DNA of 64,000 bases from Basidiobolus meristosporus CBS 931.73 (Eukaryota; Fungi; Basidiobolomycota). Positions within the stretch are counted from its first letter, which is position 1; every line of letters begins with the position of its first letter. The translations under genes and the position numbers were made by a program. This document shows, piece by piece, positions 49,157 to 59,605 of the stretch. The stretch lies in NCBI GenBank assembly GCA_002104905.1, contig MCFE01000022.1, positions 62,001 to 126,000 on the forward strand, written 5' to 3'. The notes below the pieces were generated by a model, which was given only the letters and a program-made list of their open reading frames with translations, ran no database searches and was not told where the DNA came from.

Positions 49157-52100
49157 ATAGATGGTTTGTGGCCAAAAAGAAGAAAAGAAAGCCCCAATTC
49201 ATTTAAGACACCCAACCTGCAAATGCAGTCATTATCAGTGATGCTGCAATACATCCATCTATTGATGACTTTTCAAAGAGCTTCAGTAGCTACTCCATCT
49301 ACTCAACATATGATCTCTTCTCAGGATATGACCAGATTCCTCTAGATGAGACATCAAGAGATATGTTTGCACTCCAGACACCATTTGGACTGTTGAGGAT
49401 GACAAGACTTGGCCATGGGGCTACAAACTCTGTGGCTCAGTTGCAGATATGCATGGTGAATGTGCTGTACTAGTTTATACCTAGGAAACGTGCTGTCTCT
49501 GTTGCTGACATAGGCATCAAAGGACCAAAGTTCCAGGACATCACTGAAGTCATGCCTGGAGTAAGAAAGTTTGTCTGTGACTGCATTTTGGACAATGATG
49601 CTATATCAAGAGCCAGTGCAGAAGCAGGACTCACCATCAGCAATGAAATCAGTAGCTTTGGTGTATAAGAGATATTTATTGTTGGGCAAAGATGAAACAT
49701 TTATGCTTGCTCATCTGGAGAATCCTGGACACAAACAATATGCAACTGGCCCACTCCCACAAACCTGACCCAAGCTCATGGCTTTGTGGCAGCTTGTAGG
49801 TTCAGTTAAATCTGGATACCAAGATTTTCTGAAATTGCAGCACCAATTTAGCAACTACAAAGAAGGATTTCCACATTTATATGGGGAGAGGAACAAGAAG
49901 ATGCAATGCAACCACTAAAGGAGGCCCCAGTATCCCCACCAGATTTAACACCTCTTGACTATCAGAACACTGAATGCCCACCAATATTGGCAGTTGATGC
50001 AAGCCCTATAGGAGCTTGAGCACTACTGGGTCAAGATGACCAAGATGGCAACTGCTATGCCTGCAGGTATGAGAGCTGCCTTTTCTCACCTAGAGAACAA
50101 AGGTACTCTCAAATTAAGAGAGAACTACTAGGAGCTGTGAAGATGTTAAGGAAATTGAAGTCACAGCTCTATATCACGCATTTCTTCCTGGAGACAGATG
50201 CCAAGCCACTAATAGGAGTAATCAATAAGCCTGACTTACCTGTTAATGCCACTAACCAATGGATGGCATGGTTGAGGATGATTGATTTCAAGGTCAGACA
50301 TATTCTTGGCAAGACAAATGTTGTAGTTGATGCACTATCCAGGAAAGGACCACAATTGTTTGAGGACTTGGGCCCCCACTTTAATAATGTGATTGATGCA
50401 GAGATATGGCTGATTGCCATCAATGACCAAGAGAGAACCCCCTGGTGTATGATCACTTAGTTTCTAGGGACACTCAAGAAGTCTAGCTGGATGGAACCTT
50501 GTGAGTTTGGAAAACCAAGAAAGAAGGCTCACCACTACTATCTCAAAGATGACTTTATCTTTAAACATGTGAAGCCTAGACTCACACCAAGAAGAGATGT
50601 CACTACTCCAAAAGAGCAACTGAACATCATGACAAGTATTCACCTAGGAGAACCAGGAGGACATAGATGACAAGAAGTCACCTACAATATCACTGTTCAG
50701 AAGTACTACTGAGAAAACATGAACTATGATATCCAACACTCTGTTGGGTCATGCATTGCCTGCCAGAAAAGATCCTCTAAGTGTTATGAAGAACCACTGC
50801 ATCCTACTTACACAGTCTGTCTATGGCAAAAGGTTGGTATTGACCTTGTTCACCTGCCAACAGCTGGATCAAAGAGATACCTGATTGCTTCTAGAGATGA
50901 CCTTAGTGGATAGGCAGAAGCCCAAGCCTTGCCCAACAACAAGAGCCATACCATTAGAAGATTTATACTTGAGGACATTATCTGCAGATTTGGCTGCATC
51001 CAACAGTTTGTTGCTGACAGAGGAGAGATGGCATCCTAAGTGATTCAGGAGTTGTGATCATAGTACAAAATACACATTGTTTTTACTCCAGCTTACCATC
51101 CTCTAGCCAATGGAACAGTGGAGAGAGGTCATGGACTACTGGTGAGCTCACTAGTAAAAACATGCAGGAAAAATACAACACTGTGGCTACATCAGTTGCA
51201 TCTTGCACTCTGGCTAGATAGGATTACTACTAAGAGAAAAACTGGATTATTGCCATTTAAGCTACTCTATGTCATGATCACATGACAACCATGAACACCC
51301 ATGCCAAGTTTCAGCTTCCTAGCTCAATTTCTAAGAGATTCCTTCTGGAAACTTCTACCACCTTCCAGAAAGTTCCTGACCATTCCAAACCATTGTTACA
51401 AAATGGAACATTCCATGGAAGCTTTCCATCGTATTTTTCATAGTCCAGTACCATATATGGAAATACCAGGTCACATGACTTAGTCACATGATGAGGTGAC
51501 CCAATCCATTTCCCCATCCTGTCTCAGTGCCGTGTCATCTATGTCATTATCCCCAGCACCATTGCTGTGCCTCACCCCACAACCCCATTAGTATTAGCTA
51601 ATATCTCTTGGCATCAATATAGCCAAAAAGTATATATAGTCCTATCCCCCCTTAAGTATTCCTTAGTCTGATAAACACAGGTCTTGAATAAACAGCCTTG
51701 CCTTGAATCCTGCCTTGCCTTGATGGTCCACACCTAAGTCCTTTCCTGCCATGCCTAGCCTTTCCTCCTGCCTTGTGTCTATTCATAACACTCTATGGAC
51801 ATGACTACACACTACCAGTTGAACTAGACACAGCCACTTGGAACTCATTTGATTGGAAATCTAGTATGACACTGAAGACCTCCTAGCCCATTGAATAAAG
51901 CAACTTGATCACAATGACTTAAATATTAATGGAGCTGCAGAACAACTTAAGGATACACAGCTGAAGAACAAAGTACCCTTCAAAAAGTCACACTCAACAA
52001 GTCCAAAGCCACTGTCACTAGGAGACCCAGTATTACTTTATGATTCCACCGTGGACAAACAATGGAGTTGGACATTTGACAACAAATGGACTGGCCCCTA

Positions 52101-52636
52101 CCTCATTTTCAAAGTGATTGAAAATGGAAATTATTACATATCTGAGCTTGAAAACACCAAGCTGAGAGCACCAGTTGCAGGTAACCAACTTAAGTTATCA
52201 AGCACAGGAATTTTGCACATCTAGATTATTTTGCTTTGACCCAAGCTCAATGCTGAGAGGGGGGTGGATATAGTGGGGTTGCAGTGACACCCACTGACAG
52301 ATGTGCTCATTCCCATATTTTCTACTTCTCTATTTTTCTACTACACTTATATTAGTTTTATCCCATTTGTCTTGCTTGATCAGTTGTATCTCATAAGCTA
52401 GCTGACTTTCACACCTGCTTACCTTACTGCATAAGTTATCCTTCACTTTATGTAAGATTATTTGATGTAAGTGTTTCCATATAAGGCAGGTACTTCCACC
52501 AGTACCCATAACACATGACCAAACCGTATCACCATCCCAAACACTTTCTTACCATATATGGTATTCCTATGTACACAGGTTTCAGAATACTGATGCCTGA
52601 TTGGTTGGGTGTACTGTGCCTCTTAGAGCCTTCTGG
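49157..52636 (+). mobile_element. Ty3/gypsy family B pol (RT, RNase H, integrase), PPT and 5' part of the 3' LTR
   Basis: DLFSGYDQI, QTPFGLLRMTRL, LAVDASP, ETDAKPL, CIACQK, GIDLVHLP, AYHPLANGTVE. PPT GAGAGGGGGGTGGA, then LTR from 52269. Confidence 0.9.
51270..51790. mobile_element. Solo LTR of family D (521 bp) in the gypsy-B integrase
   Basis: TGTCATGATC...TTCATAACA with 5-bp TSD CTCTA; removal restores KLLYGHDY. Confidence 0.92.
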
Positions 52637-53651
52637 CATAGTGGGGTCAGAGTGAAACCCACTGACAGATGTGCTCATTCTCATATTTTCTACTTCCCTA
52701 TTTTTCTACTACCCTTGAATTAGTTTTATCCTATTTGTCTTACTTGATCAGTATTATCCCATAAGCTGGCTGGCTATCACATGTGCTTACCTTATTGCAT
52801 AAGTTATCCCTCACTTTATGTAAGATTACGTAATGTTAGTGCTTCTATATTAGGCAGGTACCTGTGCCAGTATGTGAACCCCATGACCAAACATACCATA
52901 TTTGGTATCCCTTTGTTACATGGGTCATGGAGTACTGATTCCTGATTGGTTGGGCTTGCTTTGCCTCTTAGAATGTTCCAGCAGCTACTTAGAACATATT
53001 AGCTCATTCTGATGTCATTAAGAGTTCTATTTGACCACTGGAACTTTCTGGAACACCATGATTAGTAGTCACTTTTCCAGTGAGAAAAGTACATCCAGGG
53101 GGCAATCCCTCAACAATGTATTATCATCCCTATTATCAATATACCAACTTGTTGGTTAGTGTAATCACTGCTACCTGCTGCTACCTGAACCTTCAATCCC
53201 AAACAACAGGACACTCCCAGGAAACTGTGCTGACAGCTAACTGACCTTGGAGGCACTACTAGTGAGGAATACTCAGAGTAGGTTTCTTTTATTATATTTG
53301 ATTCTTTCCCAAATTTGTTCCTTACAGGCAATGATACTTTTCAGTTTTTGTAACTATTGACCACAGCTGCATTCTTATCAAGTCCCTGCTGGTGAAGTCT
53401 GCAATTGTTTTGATTTTAGAAGCTTTAGTACATTGTTGTCTCAAAGTACACTGAACCCAGCACATACTTTTGATAAGACACCAACTTAGCTGGGGATTGT
53501 AGCTCAATAGTTTTCCCTTGGCAAGCTTGTGGCCTTATTCCTCATCACATTAGATTAGTGATAGAACCCAAATACTCCTAGCAAGCTTTTGCCAGACATT
53601 ATTGTACCCAGTGAACACCCCACACACATAATACTTGTGAAGTGTTGGATG
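52637..53651 (+). repeat. Second, nearly complete LTR-B copy directly after the first
   Basis: Restarts TAGTGGGG...CCCACTGACAGATGTGCTC and is collinear with the reconstructed solo LTR. It is truncated shortly before the 3' end and fused to CACTA ORF2. Confidence 0.85.
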
Positions 53652-54308
53652 GTGGCTTCCTCAAAACCCTGTTACAAGCAGGCCCAAAAGCTCTAAACAG
53701 GCATCCAAGAGATATCTGGTAGCTGGAAGAGCACCTATAAGGGACAAGCAGCCAGACACAGATGCACCAGCACAGCATTTATTAAAGAAAAAGCCTAGTA
53801 CCACTCAAGAAACACTCAGTCAAAGTACCAGTGAAGGACCTGGCAGCAATAAAACAGCAGCTTTCACAGGAGCCTCTCACAACTACAGCCAAGAGCTCAC
53901 AACAAGTGGTAAAGAAATGGCAAGTTGCCAGCAGAGTGCCAGCAAGGGACAAGCAGGCCAAAACAGATGTGTTGGAGCAGAATTATCAAAGAGAAAACAT
54001 AGTTCATTATAAGAAGCACTCAGACAAAAAAGCAGTGAAAGACCTGGCAGTGATTAAGGAAATGGTAAAGGGGAAACAGTCTACCCAAGCCTACACTCCA
54101 ATGAGGTAGATGAGTTTGCAGTGAAAGGCAATTTGTCTACCACAGCCTCCACATCCCCCATTGTTAACAGTGTGATGATCCCACTGACAGACAAGGCTAC
54201 AATATCAAGAACTCAAGAGACTATTACAATGCCTTTGGTGAAATTTTGGAACATTAATAGGCTCACCAAGAGGTTGCAGCACTTCTTCAAGATCAGTGCT
54301 CAAGAAAA

Positions 54309-54777
54309 TGTTATGAATAGACACAAGGCAGGAGAGTAGGGAAAGGCAAGGCTGTTTATTCAAGACCTATGTTTATCAGACTGGGTAATACATAAGGGGG
54401 GATAGGACTATATATACTTTTTGGCAATATGGATGCCAAGAGATATTGGCTAATACTGATGGGGTCCTGGGGTGAGGCACAGTAAGTGTGCCAAGATAGA
54501 AATATACTAAAGAACAAGCTAGAATATCACATGGGGATATGTCAGGGGTTGGCTGATCATGTGACCAGTTCATATAACATGTAATTACCATATAGAGTAT
54601 GGGACTACATAAATTTCACTGGGAAGCTTCCATAGAATGTATCAATGTATAATGTGAACTTGGAGCTTTCAAGAAGTTGCTAGAATGTAGTGGAACTTTC
54701 TAGAAGGAACTTGAATTTCTTTGCTGACTTAATTTGGCTTGATAATTGGAGGCCAGGGATGTCATGTGATCATGACA
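54309..54777. mobile_element. Solo LTR of family D (469 bp), inverted relative to 51270-51790
   Basis: TGTTATGAAT...GATCATGACA with 5-bp TSD GAAAA; empty site gctcaagaaaatgcactgg at about 48515. Confidence 0.92.
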
Positions 54778-56212
54778 GAAAATGCACTGGAATATTGCAA
54801 GGATTTATTGCAATGACTAGCAGATGAGGAACTAGACCTTGCAGTGCTGGCTAAAGACCAGGATGTGTGGGAACCAGTGAATGTACAGTGGCATAATGCT
54901 GGTGGGTTCCTGCCAGAGTTATGGAAACAGAGCATTACCACAGAAGTACTTATTGAGTGGTGGATTCTCAAAGAACTTTTAGATGAATATGGTGACCTAC
55001 AGTCTGATGCTGTTCTTCCCAACAAACATCTTGCTGCCTACTTGTCCAAGTACCTTGATGTCCCTGTCTGCCAAGATTTCTGCCTTAATGATGTTACTTT
55101 AGAAGACCTCTTTCATATCCAAACTATTACACCTTACAACTCAACCAATTTATCTCTGCAATGAACCCCCTTGTGCCCAATCTTAGAAAAACAAAACCTC
55201 AACTACTATATCTTTGGATACATACATGCTTTTAGATAATCTTCCCAAATCCCATCCACAAATTAATACTCTCAGGGCTATGGTCTGATATTTAGCCACC
55301 AAATCTGGCCAGCTTGAAGATATTTACAATCATGAAACTCCTCAGCTGCTTGCTAGCACCAGGCTAGAATTAGAATGCAAAACTGTGCACCTCATTAAAT
55401 CTTATTATAACCAATATAGGTCTGGGTTACTCAAATCCAATCTGAGCAAAGTTTTTGCTCAATTTGAAGTTATTGCCAAAGTATTAGACTTGTTCCATTG
55501 TACCATGCCAGGGTGCGCGGCGCAATCCGTGGTTGTAAAGAACAATTGGGTGCAATATTATAGCTACCAGAAGGCAGGATCATTCTTGGACAATTTTGCA
55601 CTATGCGGGACAATCTTGCACACTATGGCACAATCTGACACAATGAGGTTGGCACTGATGATTGTGCCAACTCGTAATGTTTGCATCACGTGCATGATTG
55701 GATACTGCTATTATGGCAGGTAAAATCCGGTATTTGGATATGTTTCTTTAATGTAAATGGAAATAAATGTGTATCACACTATAAACTACACTGATACTTA
55801 CCATTTTGATTACCCTCACTCCAATTGGATGGTATCTCAGTGGTTAATTGGTCCAAAAGTATCCTGAAGCTGGCAGCCCCCAATTGGCTCATTGACTACT
55901 AAAAAAGCTACCTGATTTGCCATCAAATATCCCATTTTGCCCAATGAGCAAGTGAATCCCTGATCCTAGTGATTGGACAAGGTGTCATAGCTAGCACGCA
56001 ACCAATTGTGTAGGTGCAAAACAGATCCAATAGCTGCACTGGTATTACAGATGACATATATATGCAGGGTGTTTATTTATAGGGGTTCTGGCTCAAATGT
56101 GAGACAACCTTGATATTACTTATATCAAAAGTTTGATGATCACTGATTTGCAATGGCTTGATTTGGATCGCAAAAAAAATTGGTTGTTGGGATCATTACA
56201 AATGTGAGCAAT

Positions 56213-57460
56213 TCAAAGCAATTGCATCATCTTTGCCTGGGTTTTTTTCTCACAGGCAATTACTACTGAAGCATTTGGTAGTGACTCACTTTGCACACCT
56301 ATACTACTTCCTGGCTGACTATCATCTGGGCTACTTGTGTATTTGTAGTCAGTATTTTGCCTCCTAGTTGATGAGTGCGATGCTGCAGCTTGGCCGTGCT
56401 GAATTGCTCCAACTGAACCAACTGAACCGGCCTGTAGTGCCACATGCTGACATGTTCTTTTACTTGCCAAGGGCTCTGGTGGTTGAGGCACTTCATGTTG
56501 GACATCATCAGTCAGTTCACCAGAAGTAACTTGCTGATGGTCAGGCAAAACAGCACGCGCAGGCACGCCTTGATGCGTTGAGATGGCCCTTGGCTGAGTT
56601 TGATGTGATGCTGCAAGTTGACGCAACTTGGTCCGCTCCAATGGACTTGTGTCTAAATGAGCAGTTTGGCAAGTTCTTGTAGTTTTGCTCTGAAGCATGC
56701 GCGTTGACTTGATGTGGGGCGTTCTGGTAAAGGGTGTTGGCATGGTCTGGACTGACGTGTGCCGGTGCACTGTGGTTGCAAGAGATGGTAGGGAATCCAG
56801 CAAGGCATGCTGGCGCAATCTGGACAATGTTGCTTGCGGTCTGTATTCTTCCTCCTGAAGCTCACCATCTGATTCCTCACGGTATTCACTTACCCTCTGT
56901 CTGATACCTTGGAGCTGTTGCCTGGATGAGTCCTGTGTATATTGCTCTCAGAAGCCACTTAGCTCTACTAATACATCACGCAGTACATTAGTCATTTGAG
57001 GCAAAAACACATTCAAAATCTCTTTGGTTCCCAAAGTTGAGGCACAAATGGACGCGTCCGGCCCATACTGTGCAAATTGCGCGCAAAATTGTCCCCGCAT
57101 GGCTTCTTCATCAAATCCCCTCACTTTCAGCTCATTCTTGATTTCAATACTTGTCTTGTTATATATCTTCTTACATACATTGGCTGGCATCTTGATGTAG
57201 AACTCATGCCACAGCTTTCTACTCAAATTCTTCCATCTTTGTTGACTCTCTGAGGTATCTAGTTCTGCTAGATTAATCAGTAGTGCCCAAATATCTGTAT
57301 GAAGGCTCATTATAGACCCTTGGGCCATACTAAAATCACTTGGCAAGAACTCAAACAGATCCAACATTGACTTTTCCAGTCCGGACTGCGCTTGTGAGCT
57401 GGGGGATGGGTTTTGTCTGGGTTGTACTAAAGATGAGTTGAGGCTTGGTTTGGGGACCAT
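56213..57460 (-). pseudogene. PHIS element ORF2, about 415 aa, unknown function, one in-frame TGA
   Basis: ORFs 56948-57460 and 56213-56827 are in one frame. The only interruption is TGA at 56948-56950, and the intervening codons are open. Confidence 0.75.
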
Positions 57461-57819
57461 AGCAACAGATTTGGATACTTATACAGCAGTATACTGGCAT
57501 CAACCTGGTCTTATATGAAATATATATGAAAACTAATGTGATTGTTGAATTTTCCATATATTATGCATGATGCATCTTGGATCATGTTAATACAGACTAG
57601 ATCACATCAATTGCAGATTTTCTATTTGATTATAGACCTATGATTAAAGCATCAATAAAAGTACCAAGGCATTGTTTGCGGATGATTTTTGCAACATAAT
57701 GATGGGACACATGGCAATTGATGGAGATTTAACTATAATGTATTAAAAATCAGATAAATAACACAGATCACGCCAAATCAATTCAAACCGCCTCCATACG
57801 TACATCCACCAATTTTAAT

Positions 57820-58702
57820 ATGACTTACTCATCTGAATGGTCTTTTCTCATTAATCCCATCACTACCACTGGATTTCCTTTTGACACACTAGAGGAGATC
57901 TAATCCAAGTACTGTGGACCATCAGCCCCAATCTACTCAAGGAGATCCCTTGTTAAGCTTCTCTGCTATTACAAGAACTATTGCCCTACAAGGTTTCATC
58001 CCACCATCATGGCAACAAAAGTTCTAGAAGCTTTCATTCCCAGCTGACAGCAATGGAGTACCACCTTGCAGAGGGTATGAATGACTTAGAGCAAGCTTGG
58101 AGTACTAGGTTCAGAAGCTCCAATAGACTTCCATATCCCAGAGTGTTCAGCAACAGGTTCCGTATCAGGAGTATTTTGGATACCTTCCCAGTGAGGATTA
58201 ACAGACCTTCTAGAGGGCAGAGGCACTATTATTCTGGCAAGTACATGGCACACTGTGTGAAGTTTCAAGCACTGTCTGACATTGAGGGTAACATCATCTG
58301 GTTTAGTGGGCCATTTGCTGGAAGTAGGCATGACAAAGCACTCTGGGTAGAGAATCATCCTGAATTCAGTAGAGGGGGAAATGTATGGCAGACTTAGCCT
58401 ATATAGGAGAGGATTGTCAGGGATTAGGATGTATTACAGCATAAAGGAAGCCAAGGAATGGTGTGCTTATCAGGAAGCAGAAGCTCTACAATGAGATATT
58501 TAATCATTTCAGAGTGAGGGTAGAGCACACATTTGGATATCTGAAGAGATTCAGCATATTGGCAGGTAAATACAGAGGAAAGTCATATATAGGAGAAAAC
58601 AGCAAAATAGGTAAAATAGTTAAGATACTTATTAATGCACAGTATGTTCATACAAGAAGACATCCACTGAGAGAAATGTGTCTGGAGCATTATGAAGAGT
58701 AA
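57820..58702 (+). pseudogene. DDE_Tnp_4 (IS5/ISL2-like) transposase
   Basis: ILDTFPVRINRP...YYSGKYMAHCVKFQALSDIEGNIIWFSGPFAGSRHD...ADLAYIG...FNHFRVRVEHTFGYLKRF, with stops and frameshifts. Confidence 0.9.
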
Positions 58703-59605
58703 ATAAAGCAAGGAAAGCGCTATTCTGAGCAACATAAGTAAGATTGAGTAAAATTACCAGTAACTGTATCATACCACTGGCATCATGGTAGAAGTTATAG
58801 GGCCAGATAGTGCTGTAGAGTGCCAGATTCATCTGGCACCATAAACAGGCTGGCACTATGTGGCACTATCCAACAGAACAAGTCTATTGTATCTTGATAG
58901 CATTTTGTCTGGCCTGATCTGTGAATTCCTTGCCAGCAATTTAGTATTTTTAGATGCCCACACCAAAGGTATGTGGTTATTTGAAAATGGCCTCTGGGAA
59001 TTCCACATATCTGGCAGCTACCTCTGGACTTTTTTATCCAAAAGTTCACTAAATCTATAGAACTTGAGTTTGCAAGTGGTAAATGGACCCTTGAACAAAC
59101 TACATACCTAAACTAACTACATTTTATAATAGGTTCTTGGAGTTGTAGAGAACCTATTTTAATAGAGTTACTTGTTGAGTGTGGGGTTGGGCATAATGTT
59201 AGTCTAGGGTATAGGGACTTGTATAGGTCAATACAATTGGCAATTGAGGTACAACTGAAGTTTCATCAGAAATAAATCAAGTTGTATGGGTAAAAAGTAA
59301 GAGCAATGGTTGAGTCAGGAAGTAAGGAGTGTGAAAAGAGGCAATAGCTGATCAATGTTCCCAAATGTAGGAGGTGGTTGAGTGTCTGGGATCAGAAAGT
59401 GAGCAAATTGGCAGGGAACCAATCAAAAGCCACTAATATATAGTTGTGATGATAAATTTTGACTGAGTTTTTTGTGAGATCTGGGGTGCAATTATTTGTC
59501 AATGGTCTCTGCATGGTGTCCTGCCAGGATCAGTGCCTCTTAGTCACAGGACTTTAAATTGCTGATGGCCTTTTGATGGGATCATCACAAAAATCTCTCA
59601 TAGGG

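Larger units (their letters stand above)
55486..58885. mobile_element. Full-length 3.4-kb PHIS-superfamily DNA transposon (Pangu/ISL2EU/Harbinger-like) with two divergent ORFs
   Basis: TIR AGACTTGTTC at both ends, perfect TSD ATT (55483-55485 / 58886-58888), DDE_Tnp_4-type transposase on + and a second ORF on -. Confidence 0.92.
53652..59605 (+). mobile_element. CACTA ORF2 3' part plus right end, expanded by three nested inserts
   Basis: Pieces 53652-54308, 54778-54970 and 59158-59605 are collinear with 47710-49156; ends CTCTCATAGGG. Confidence 0.8.
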
